Part shown: in pieces, positions 25,145-36,872 of the stretch
Layout: each line of letters opens with the position of its first letter
Numbering within the stretch: position 1 is the stretch's first letter
Source of the DNA: Macrostomum lignano
Lineage: Eukaryota
Reading direction: 5' to 3'
NCBI GenBank assembly: GCA_002269645.1
Contig: NIVC01001694.1
Coordinates: forward strand, 1-64,000
DNA: 64,000 bases
Program-made: the position numbers and the translations under genes
Notes under the pieces: model-generated
What the model saw: the letters and a program-made list of their open reading frames with translations, nothing else
What the model was told of the DNA's origin: nothing
The model's database searches: none

Positions 25145-28100
25145 TCAGATATCCGGCAGGTCCACAGAGTTCAGCAATCTACTAACCAAAGTGTCAAAGG
25201 TGGCCAGAGCAGTGTTGAGATGCTGGGTGCTCAGATAGACGCCAGCCCAAGCCGGCCGGGCTGCCTGCTTCAACTTGATCACCCGATTGGCGCAGTCGGT
25301 CCGCTGAGCCGGTGACGCCATCGGCTTGGCCAGCATGTGGTAGCACAGCAAGGCCAGCTCGGCAGTGAAGCCAATCAGCCGCTCCTCCGGCGTGCCTTCG
25401 CCAGGCGATTTCAAATGCAACTTGGGCACGGGCCTGAGTTCGATCTCCTGATCGGGCAGCAGGCCGCAGAACAACGCCTGGAACGGGCTGGGCTTGTCAG
25501 CCTGCGACACGGCGCTCTCGGCCGGCTCCAGCTTGGCTAGGGGCTCCGGCAGCCAGCGGGAGGCGGCGCCGGCCACGGCTGACGAGTCATCGGCTGCCCC
25601 GTTGTTGAGCACGGCGGGATTCCAGGCGAGGCCCAGAGTGACAGCGTGCACCGGCAGGCTCGTGAGCAGGTGCGGCCCGATGCCGCCGCCGTCCCAGTCG
25701 CAGGAGACCACGCCTGATAGGCCGGGCAAGCTGGTGAGGCTCTTGGCCAGGCCTGGTTAGAGGGAACAGAGGAGCACATTATAACACGACGAAGTGTGCA
25801 TTTAACAACATAGTCTATGGCCAAACCGTGGTACGAGTATTAAGTAAACAGAGATATTAATATTGAAACCAAGTATGCGGTCCTTATGACCTATAATATA
25901 TAGTCAGCTCACGCGTAGTTCGATCTGATTCACTTCAGTGATTAAAAATGCACTTGTACAGTAAACCGTAGATGTTGTAGATCACTGTAGGCCTGATCTA
26001 CATTGCCAGTAGTGTTGGTCAGCGTCGTTGCGGTAGCGATATCAGTTGTTCCACTGTGTTCCGAGACTGGCTCATCACTGTCAATGAATCGACCATCACA
26101 ACACACGTTGCTCTTGATTAGGCGGCTCAACAGTGGTCTGTAGGAGTTCACGTCACAACCACGATGCAGTGCACGCTATATTCTTACGTTCTTACACAAA
26201 TGCGTGCCGGACAACACCGAGGCTGCAATCTTCTGCCGAGGCGCTGACGGACAGGCGAGTGAGCTTCCAAGATGTCAGCAGTTCGTCTACCTCGGCGGTC
26301 TGGTTCCCGACGTCCGCGAGGATCTGCGGCGTCGCCAAGGACTTGCCTGGGCTGCCTTTCGTTCTATAAGGTCAGTCCTGCAGTCCGAGGCCCTACCGGA
26401 CCGCCAGAGGGCGGCGCTGTTCCAGGCGGTGATCGAGACCGTCCTGTTATACAACGCCGAGAGCTGGACGCTGACAGACTCGCTCGAGGCTCAAGTCGAC
26501 GCGGCGCACGCTGGCCTGCTGCGCGCCGTCTTCAAGATCGGCAACGAGCGAGTCACCAACACGGCGCTCTACCATCGCGCCGGCCTGGCCCGTCCTAGCG
26601 ACCTGCTGCGCCGTCGGCGACTCCAGCTGGCAGGTCACGCTATCCGCGCCGAGGCCTACTGTCCGGAGCCGGTGCAGGAGGTGCTGCTACTTACGTTGCA
26701 GGCACCCTACCGGCGGGGACAGGCGAGGACTCGGCGCTACGTCGACTGTCTGCTGGCTGACGCCGGCGCCCCGGACTCTGCCGGCGGTGCGGCCTTTGTT
26801 CGCGCCCAAGCTTCGAAGCGCGCCATCTGACGCTGCTTTTGCGAACTGGCAGCGTACTCTGTTGTTGTTGTTACACAAAGCAGGTGTCCAGATATTCCAT
26901 CTGTAGGCCTGTAGAGCTGTCGAGATCTTGGACTCAGGGAATGCGTCCGGCTCAACTCAATAAATCATTGATTTGATGCGTGGACATTCCAAGAAATCAT
27001 TTCATTTGGAAAGTGCAGCAGCTCTATTAATCCTACAGGGTACTTCGGTACTCCTTATGGAAGTCCGTATTGCTAAAACAAGACGATCTATAGAAACTGT
27101 GTTTACCTGGACACAGGCGAGTCCGTTGCAGACTGTGACAGCCGGTAAACGACAGCCACGCGCCTGTGGCGGGCGCCAGAACGAATTCTGGCAGCGCAGA
27201 GTGCAGATAGGTTGCCCGGTCCTCGGGCCGGTCTCTGGGCAGGCAGTGATCAATGCAGGTGATTGGCAGTTTCTGCAGCCAGGGCGGCAATGAGAAACCG
27301 GACGAGGCCAAGTAGAGATGCTGCCGGCCGAGGCCCAGCCAGACCGGCGCCTCCTGCTCAGGGCCCTGGGCCAGGTGAGCGGACAGACGGGGGCCCAGGT
27401 GCAGCGGGCAGTTCGGCGGGAAAGCACCTAGCAATACATCTGCCTGGCTTTGCACCTGCGGGAGCGTTGGGGATCGACGTGTTCTGGCGGGATGATGAAG
27501 GATTATCGACATCCTAAATCCACTCAAACCTGAAGGATTATCGACATCCTAAATCCACTTGACACTGAAGGATTATCGACATCCTAAATCCACTTGACAC
27601 TGAAGGATTATCGACATCCTAAATCCACTTGACACTGAAGGATTATCGACATCCTAAATCCACTTGACACTGAAGGATTATCGACATCCTAAATCCACTT
27701 GACACTGAATGGTTATCGACATCCTAAATCCACTCGACACTGAATGGTTATCGACATCCTAAATCCACTCGAAACTGAAGGATTATCGACATCCTAAATT
27801 CACTCAAACCTGAGGGATTATCGACATCCTAAATCCACTTGACACTGAAGGATTATCGACATCCTAAATCCACTCAAACCTGGAGGATTATCGACATCCT
27901 AAATCCACTTGACACTGAAGGATTATCGACATCCTAAATCCACTTGACACTGACGGATTAGAGACATCCTAAATCCACTTGACACTGAAGGATTATCGAC
28001 ATTCTAAATGGTCTAAGCCATCAGCTCCTTGCTCACCTGAGTCAAATCTGACACTGCAATTCCAATATCAATGGCTAGCACAGGCGTGAGGCAGAGCTCC

Positions 28101-31100
28101 TGGGCAGACCGAACCACCCTGCGCAGATCCTCCTGCGCGTACGGACAGGCGTGCGCGGTGCTGCCCAACCGAAAGAACAGGTGCAGCTGGTTGGCCCGCA
28201 TGCAGGCGGCAGACTCGGCTACGCTAATGAGAGCCTCCGGCCGAGGCAGCAGGCCCGAGGAACAGTCGACAAGAACGCCGCGAACCAGAGTGGTGGGCCA
28301 GTCCCACACTCTGATGCCGGGCACCAGGCCCATTGAGATCTCTGCACAGACTGTTAGCAGGGATGACAGCACCTGAGGCGTGAGCGGTTTATTATCAATC
28401 AATTGCTGGTTTGTTGGATTTAAAGGCAAGCCTAGCAGTTTCACATTGTTTAGTATTTGATAGTAAAATCATTTTTGCAGCCCAATAATTGCAAACTGAT
28501 GGCCTCAAAATCTCACCATGTGACAACCTGAAAATCTCACTCTGATAGTCTCAAGATCTCACCCTGACAGTCTCAAGATGCCACCCCTGCAAGTCTCATA
28601 ACTCGTATTCTCACTCTAATGGCCTCAAAAAGATCTCATCCTGACAGTCTTAAAATCTCATCCTGACAGTCTCAAAATCTCACCCTGTGATTGCCTCAAA
28701 ATCTCACCCTGTGATGATCTGAAAATCTTAAAATGGTAGCCTCAAAATCTCACCCGATAGTCTCAAGATGTCACTCCTGAAAGAATCAAAACCTCATCCT
28801 GATAGTCTCAAAATCTTACCCTGTGATGTCCTCAAAATCTCACCCTGTGATGATCTGAAAATCCTAAAATGGTAGCCTCAAAATCTCACCCGATAGTCTC
28901 AAGATGTCACTCCTGAAAGAATCAAAACCTCATCCTGATAGTCTCAAAATCTTACCCTGTGATGTCCTCAAAATCTCACCCTGTGATGATCTGAAAATCC
29001 TAAAATGGTAGCCTCAAAATCTCACCCGATAGTCTCAAGATGTCACTCCTGAAAGAATCAAAACCTCATCCTGATAGTCTCAAAATCTTACCCTGTGATG
29101 TCCTCAAAATCTCACCCTGTGATGATCTGAAAATCTTAAAATGGTAGCCTCAAGATCTCACCCCTGATGGCCTCAAAATCTCACCCTGACAGTCTTAAAA
29201 TCTTACCCTGACAGTCTCAAAACCTCCCCCTGTGGTAGCCTCAAAATCTCAGTCTCACAACCTAACTCTGAATAGCTGATATAAAAAATCTCACCCTGAT
29301 CTCAATTAAAATCTCACTGATGGTCCTGCAAGAATCGCCAATAAATCTGAGCCTATAAACCCCATAGAAAACCGGTGTCAGCCTCACCGCAGCCCCGTTG
29401 AACAGGCCGCGAGCATCGGCAGCCAGCAGCCTGATGCCGGAGCTGGTGACCTCCAGATAATAGCCCTCAGGCCGGCCCCTGCACACCCGGTGCCCGATCT
29501 CAAGCGACACTCCCTGCACAGGCTTGGCAACCACCAGGGTCCTGGGGCGGAACTGGGCCAGCCTGCCAGCCAGCCAGTGTAGCGCCGGCTCGCCATCCTG
29601 ATGATTCAAAGACAGCACCAGCGGCTGCTGCTGTTGCTGACCAACTGGCAGTCGAAAATGCTGGCCAATAAGCAGCTGAGACTGCTGCGGTCTCGGCCAG
29701 AACGCTCTGTCCAGCACGGAGTCCTTGGCGAAGTCGGACCCGTTCATTGGCCGGGCGCGCGCCTCGTCTGCTGGAACAGCAACCGCCGACGCGGCGGCGG
29801 CAGTGGCGCCAGAGTCGGAACCGTTGGCCACTGATGGCGAGGTTGATGAAGCTGCCGACATTTGAGTTGGCTGCGAGTACAATTGATGCTGAGACTGCTG
29901 ATGATGCTGCTGGGATATGAGCTGCATCAGTTGGACAGACTTGTCGCTTAAGCTGCACAGATCAAAGCCGTTCTTGTCCGCATAAGGCCTGAGCGTGTTG
30001 GGGAGGCGGATCACTGCTATTGGGAAACTTATAGGGGAATTCAGTGTGGGATTACCTGTATATTATATTTTATATTAATTCCCTAGCAACAGCTGTTGTT
30101 TTGAAGTTGAGAAGCAGAATAATAATATGTAATAAGATTGCAGTTAGTCATGAACATTCCACTGACTCCCTGACGAAACACACGCATGCTGTACGCAAAC
30201 ACGTCGCTCACGCAGGGTGTACAGCGGCGCTGGCTCCCTAATCGTCAGGCAGTTGTACATGTACACACTGTGTGTTTGAAGCCATCGCGATGAGAGAATT
30301 GCATACCAACACGGAAAGTCTCAAATCAATGTGACTAAAATATAACTAAAAGCAAACTAGTCTACTAACTAGTAGACTCTTTTAGATATTTTGCATTTTT
30401 ATAATTTCTCTTAATGTATTTTTGCCGACATGGCAAAAGCTGCTAATCTATAGGAACAAATCTACCTACCTATTTACCTACATAACTACCTACCTACCTA
30501 CTTACCTATATATCTACCCACCCACCTACCTACCAACTTGTCTACCTACCTATTTACCGACCTGCCTACCAACGAACTAACCTTATTATCTACCAACCTA
30601 CCTACTTGCCTATTTACCCGCCTACCTACCCATCTACCCACCTACTAACCAACCTAACAACCAACCTAGCATCGTAAGTACCTACCTACCAACCTTACGT
30701 ACCTACCAACCCTACCTACCTACCAACCCTACCTACCTACCAAACCTACCTAACCTACCAACCTACCTAACTACTTACCTACCAAACTACCTACTTACCT
30801 ATCTACCCGCCTACCTACCGGCTACCTACCTACCTACCTATCAATTTACATATCTACCTACCTACCAACCGTACCCACATTACAAAGTGCAGTCGAACAC
30901 CCAGTCTACTTACTCAGCTTCGAGTTTCTAAAATTAGCAAACCTACAATACAAGAACAATTATAGCAAGAGAAGAGAAGAGTGAGCGCAACACACACAGA
31001 AACACGCGAGCATATTTGCGAATCATGCACACATAGAAAATAAAAAAAATGTTCAGGAAACAAGACGAGCGACGCCCAAACAGACCAAATGGGCCTCTCT

Positions 31101-34100
31101 GAGAAGTGTTTCATTCTCTCTCTCTCAAAGCCGCCCTGTGCCGCAACTGGCTGACCTCAAACTAGCTGCGACCGTGTGGAACAATGCAATAAATTAACAT
31201 TTCATACATTATATACTGTACACTTTTACAAGTAAGAGTTATATTTTTTCAACTTGGATATTTAGGTTAAATAATAATAATACTATATTATAATGCACAG
31301 ATAGATCGTCACGTGAGGCAACGCATGAGAGAAAGCGATAACGCTGGTAATTTATTTATTTATTTGGTTAACTGTAAGCAAGCGTGAATGGCCTAGACGT
31401 GAGATGGCAATAGTGGAAATGTGAAAGAGAATAGATTCGGCGAGAGGGTGATTTGAAAAGGTGCTAATGCTGAAATAGGAATATATTGGGGTGAACGTGA
31501 ATAGATCAGGTGTGAACATGAATAGATCAGGTGTGAACGTGAATAGATCAGATGTGAACGTGAATAGATCAGTTGTGAATGTGAATCAGGTGTAAGATCA
31601 GGTGTGAACATGAATAGATCAGGTGTGAACGTGAATAGATCAGATGTGAACGTGAATAGATCAGTTGTGAACGTGAATCAGGTGTGAGATCAGGTGTGAA
31701 CATGAATAGATCAGGTGTGAACGTGAATAGATCAGATGTGAACGTGAATAGATCAGTTGTGAATGTGAATAGATCAGGTGTGAACGTAAATAGATCAGGT
31801 GTGAACGTAAATAGATCAGGTGTGAACGTGAATAGATCAGTTGTGAATGTGAATATATCAGGTGTGAACGTGAATAGATTAGTTGTGAACGTGAATAGAT
31901 CAGGTGTGAACGTGAATAGATCAGTTGTGAACGTGAATAGATCAAGTGAACGTGAATAGATCAGGTGTGAACGTGAATAGATCAGGTGTGAACGTGAATA
32001 GATCAGGTGTAAATGTGAATAGATTATGTGTGACGTGAATAGATTGTGTGAACGTGAATAGATTAGGTGAACGTGAACAAGGCTCAAGATTTCAACAGAC
32101 AACAGCACAGCAATTATAATGACTCACCCCTGTTTCACATAGACTGAAGGATTAGCGCCGTATTGAATGAGCAGTCGGACCAGCTCCAGGTCAGCTTTAA
32201 TCAAGCACAGATGCAAAGGAGTCACGCCATCCCTATTGGCTACGTTAGGATTAGCACTTCGTTCTAGAAGCAGTCTGACGCAGGCTGGCTGGGCAAAATG
32301 GCAGGCCCAGTGCAGAAGGGTGTTCTGCTGACTGTCAGTACGATCCAGACTGTTCACGGAGATGCCAATCTGCAGCATGCGAACCAGGCCCTCCGTGCTG
32401 TCATTTGGGGGGGGTTATGATTTTATTCATTAACGAAGCAAATGCATGGCCTCTGCAACATCGAATGTACATGCGCTCTAACAACGTTCTTACATCCTTA
32501 GGGACACTGCAACTATTTTAGCGAGATGTCAACGACGTTAGCAACACCACAATAATCTTGGCGACCCCACAATGACCTTGGTGACACCACAATGGCCTTG
32601 GTGACACCCCAATGGCCTTGGTGACACCCCAATGACCTTGGCGACATCCCAATGACCTTGGCGACATCTCAGTGACCTTGGTAACACTACAATGGCCTTG
32701 GCGACACTCAGTGGTGTGATTGGAAAGTTTGCCAAATTTCGCGCCGACTGAAAATTTTCGCGCCATGCCAATAATATTCTTCTGACAGCCAAATAAGTCA
32801 ATAGATGATACTTTTGAAGATGCGTCTGGCTACCAATTAGCATGTCTCTCAAGTCCCAGCCGTGTCCCGCCTGAACTTCTTGTTGGCGATGTCTCGGGCA
32901 GACGACTGCTCGTGCTGGTGATTGACGACGTTGACAGCAGCTCAGCAGCCTTGCGCTTCAAGACGAGCTCAGCTAGCTTCTCTGCCTCCTTCTGCTTCTT
33001 CTTCTGCACATTCTGCTGCTGACGCCTCAGTTCTTCAATCTCGGCGTCCTTGCTCTTGGTGGCCGCCGTCAACTCGTGAAGCAGCAGTTAGATTAATCTC
33101 CTAAGCTATGACACTCTTGTATTTCATACTGTCTGACAAGAGAATAAGTGTAAAAAGCAGAAAATAAGAATGCAATTTTCGCGCCCATGGTTCCACAAAA
33201 TTTCGCGCCAGATCCCCAGGATTCGCGCATTCGCGCCATTTTCGCGCCTGGCGCGAATTCGCGCCTGAATCACACCACTGGCGACACTGCAATGGCCTTG
33301 GCGACACCCCAATGACCTTAGCGACCCAATAATGACCTTAGCGACACCCAATGACCTTGGCAAAACCACAATGACCTTGGCAAAACTGCAATAACCTTGG
33401 AGACACCACAATGACCTTAGCGACACCCAATGACCTTGGCAAAACCACAATGACCTTGGCAAAACTGCAATAACCTTGGAGACACCACAATGACCTTAGC
33501 GACACCCCAATGACCTTAGCGACACCCCAATGACCTTGGCGAAACCACAATGACCTGGGCGACATCCCAAGGACCTTGACGACACCCCAATAATGACCTT
33601 GGAAAAACTCCAAATGACCTTGGCGACACCCCAATGACCTCTAGCGCCATTCCAATGATCTTAGCAACGCCTTAATGACTTGAAGCAAGACCAAGTGTGA
33701 CCTTAACGATAGTAATATTGTTTAAGAGACAACTTAACAAAAAAAGCAATCCTTTAAAAATGTAATGTCAAAAAACGCTTGACTCAGTTTTTTAGTCCTA
33801 ATCAGAGCACTAATTAGCAAGAGAAGACCCAACCTAAAGGCTACGGCTATTTTGTTACAGAATTAACAGTGTGTGCGTTTATCTGCGGAATTAAAAAACT
33901 CATTAATTTCTTCCTGCACAAAAAAATCTTATATACATGAATTCAACCGTGCATATAAGATATGTAAAATCATATTTGATTAGACCACAAATACAGCATT
34001 GCAAGGCATACTTGGACAAATTTAAATGCATTTCATCAAATGCACAAGAGACAAACAAGAGAAAGACAAAACACACACAGACAGACAGACCGCTTAACTC

Positions 34101-36662
34101 ACTCAGCCTGAGAAATTAACTGGATGCAGTGCTGCAGGAATACGGCCAAAATGTCCGGATGAAAGTTTGCATCCGCCAATGCGGTCTTCTGCGATTCGTT
34201 TAATAACCGCGGATCGATGCCCGTGTTGAGCAGGATGCGGATGCCGTCCAGCATCTTTTGCTGAGGGGTTCAGGAGTGAATTGGGGGGCAATGTGCCTAG
34301 CTGTGTGAACTAAGCACTGGACAGCTGTGACCTAAATAGATTTAAGCTAAACACTGGCAAATGGTGACCTAAACACTGGTGGTGGTGACCTAAACCTGGG
34401 AATGGGGACCTAAGCATTGGTGGTGGTGACCTAAACCTGGGGATGGTGACCTAAACACTGGGGATGGTGACCTAAACACTGGGGATGGTGACCTAAACAC
34501 TGGGGATGGTGACCTAAACACTTGGGGATGGTGACCTAAACACTGGGGATGGTGACCTAAACACTGGGGATGGTGACCTAAACACTGGGGATGGTGACCT
34601 AAACACTGGTGGTGGTGACCTAAACACTGGGGATGGTGACCTAAACCTGGGAATGGTGACCTAAACACTGGGGATGGTGACCTAAACACTGGGGATGGTG
34701 ACCTAAACACTGGGGATGGTGACCTAAACACTGGGGATGGTGACCTAAACACTTGGGGATGGTGACCTAAACACTGGGGATGGTGACCTAAACACTGGGG
34801 ATGGTGACCTAAACACTGGGGATGGTGACCTAAACACTGGGGATGGTGACCTAAACACTTGGGGATGGTGACCTAAACACTGGGGATGGTGACCTAAACA
34901 CTGGGGATGGTGACCTAAACACTGGGGATGGTGACCTAAACACTTGGGGATGGTGACCTAAACACTGGGGATGGTTACCTAAACAAAACCGATTGAGTGA
35001 ACTAAAGTACCAAGCAATCGCCTCAATAAAACACTGATCATTTCAGTTTTCTAGAATATTTGGTTAGAACAAAACATCAGGTAATAAATTACCTGACAGG
35101 CGATATGCAGAAGCGAGCCCTCATTAGTTGTGTACTGCATCAGCTTTTGCAGTTTCTCTTGGTCGGCGCTTTCAACTGAAACGAGTCATTTGAAAACAGC
35201 AATAAAAATAAATAAGATTATTGATTTGGCAGTTTAAAACTATACGATCTGTCTAATTAAAGTGCGTCTTTCTCAGAGAGCTCTTAAGCAGCCACGCCCA
35301 AAAATGATTAAATTCAGCCTAAGAGCTTTTGAATGCCTTCATTTCAATTTTCTTACATATAATCCTGCAGGCTTTCAATGCGAAAATAATCAATAATTTA
35401 ATTTATACCCTTGACTCTACTTCTCTTCCTCACCCCATTCTCTACTTCTCCCTCGCCCTCACTACCTCTCTCCCTCTGCCAGATTCATGCATAAAAACTA
35501 ACAATAATAATCGTATCACTTTCTATTTTCTGTGTACGAGTTTTTGCGAGCTCTGGCCCCCAATTGCGCCGTTTTAATGTAATGTGTGTTGTGTACGACC
35601 TATTTAGAGCGCTTCGTATAATGGTTGCACGATCGATATTTTAGGCCTCTCCGTGCGCGTGGAGTACGAAGGTCCAGTTTTATTACTTTTAAATATGGCC
35701 TGTCCCACGCCTCGGTCAACTTCCCTCTTATCTCTCTTATCAGACTGTTTACAGCCGTTTAAAACTTTCACTATCCGCCTGTTGCTAAATATAGCTTGTC
35801 AAGTTTTAGTTCGTTCTAGCAAACAATTGAACATCCTTACCCTCTTTACCTCTACCTCACCCTCTCCCTCACCCTCTCTACCTCTCCCTCACCCTCTCTA
35901 CCTCTCCCTCACCCTCTCTACCTCTCTCCCTCACCCTCTACCTGTTCCTCACCCTCTATCTCTCTTCCTCACCCTTTTTATCTCTCTTTCTCACCCTCTC
36001 TTCCTCACCCTCTCTCCCTCACCCTCTCTACCTCTCTCCCTCTCTCCCTCTCTCCCTCACCCTCTCTACCTCTCTCCCTCTCCCTCACTACCTCTCTCCC
36101 TCACCCTCTCTACCTCTCTCCCTCACCCTCTCTACCTCTCTCCCTCACCCTCTCTACCTCTCTCCCTCACCCTCTCTACCTCTCTCCCTCACCCTCTCTA
36201 CCTCTCTCCCTCACCCTCTCTACCTCTCTCCCTCACCCTCTCTACCTCTCTCCCTCACCCTCTCTACCTCTCTCCCTCTCCCTCTCTACCTCTCTCCCTC
36301 ACTACCTCTCTCCCTCACCCTCTCTACCTCTCTCCCTCACCCTCTCTACCTCTCTCCCTCACTACCTCTCTCCCTCACCCTCTCTACCTCTCTCCCTCAC
36401 CCTCTCTACCTCTCTCCCTCACCCTCTCTACCTCTCTCCCTCACCCTCTCTACCTCTCTCCCTCTCTACCTCTCTCCCTCACCCTCTCTACCTCTCCCTC
36501 TCTCCCTCACCCTCTCTATTTCTTTTCTCACCCTTTCTACCCCTCCGTGGCCCTCCACCCAACCCTCTTACCAGTAGACAGCATGACTCGCAGAATATCT
36601 GATCGACATTCTACAATGCATTTCTTCATCTGTAGGAACAAAGACTCCAAACTGGAATCCAT
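25145..36662 (-). CDS. ankyrin-repeat + GH20 (beta-hexosaminidase-like) fold protein, 8 exons, 831 aa, probably catalytically inactive
   Basis: Exons: 36662-36572, 35175-35093, 34260-34103, 32397-32128, 29988-29388, 28372-28037, 27455-27107, 25752-25145. All junctions are GT-AG and phase-compatible, and the 2496-nt total is divisible by 3. Ankyrin motifs: SLLHIACQ, TLLHWAC, GVTPLHL. GH20 domain-2 motifs: WPRPQ, EGYYLEV..GIRLLA.D.RGLFNG. Barrel start: IRVWDWP...RGVLVD...NQLHL. Confidence 0.85.
26201..26870 (+). mobile_element. 5'-truncated non-LTR retrotransposon (RTE-like ORF2 C-terminus) in intron 7 of the ANK-GH20 gene
   Basis: ORF 26204-26830 has FVYLGG, VLLYNAESWTLT and RRRRLQLAGH. It has a (GTT)n tail at ~26860-26870 and a 9-bp TSD TTACACAAA at 26192-26200 and 26871-26879. 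Confidence 0.9.
27495..28005. repeat. 35-bp minisatellite (GAAGGATTATCGACATCCTAAATCCACTTGACACT), intron 6
   Basis: About 14 units. Confidence 0.96.
28505..29255. repeat. ~20-22-bp degenerate satellite (CTCAAAATCTCACCCTG) with 136-bp higher-order repeat, intron 5
   Basis: The block CTCAAAATCTCACCCGATAG recurs at 28741, 28877 and 29013. Confidence 0.92.
30460..30870. repeat. degenerate (CTAC)n microsatellite, intron 4
   Basis: Directly visible. Confidence 0.9.
31490..32075. repeat. 21-bp minisatellite (GTGAACGTGAATAGATCAGGT), intron 4
   Basis: About 27 units. Confidence 0.95.
32560..33650. repeat. 20-21-bp minisatellite (CAATGACCTTGGCGACACCC) interrupted by a hAT-type element, intron 3
   Basis: Units are present on both sides of 32709-33280. 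Confidence 0.93.
32709..33280. mobile_element. non-autonomous hAT-type DNA transposon, 572 bp
   Basis: Perfect 13-bp TIR CAGTGGTGTGATT / AATCACACCACTG, 8-bp TSD GCGACACT at 32701-32708 and 33281-33288, and clustered subterminal TTCGCGCC motifs at both ends. Confidence 0.92.
34368..34985. repeat. 21-bp minisatellite (GGTGACCTAAACACTGGGGAT), intron 2
   Basis: About 28 units. Confidence 0.96.
35835..36540. repeat. polypyrimidine repeat (CTCTCTACCTCTCTCCCTCACC), intron 1
   Basis: Directly visible; source of the SLPHPLYL ORF. Confidence 0.95.
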
Positions 36663-36796
36663 AGCGAGTCTCTGTACCTTTTTGGACGGCCGTCAGTAGT
36701 TGAAAATGAATTTAATTGTAGACAGGTGATAAGCAAAGCATGAATGTAAGACAGCAGAGTATTTTTAATTAGAGGCAGGGGACTGTACTTTCCCTA

Positions 36797-36872
36797 GGAG
36801 TGTACAGCGGCCCTAACTTTATCTATCGTTAGGCATGTACACTTCACTGTGCCTTGGGGGTTGGCCCTCAAG
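36797..36872 (+). repeat. dispersed short hairpin repeat ~135 bp upstream of the ANK-GH20 start codon
   Basis: GAGTGTACAGCGGCCCTAACTTT...AGGCATGTACACTTCACTGTGCCTTGGGGGTTGGCCCTCAAGGCCG. Confidence 0.6.

Noticed and set aside
24335-25315. 326-aa NP-repeat ORF resembling a circumsporozoite-like antigen
   Set aside because: It is the 30-bp satellite running into the antisense strand of the ANK-GH20 last exon.
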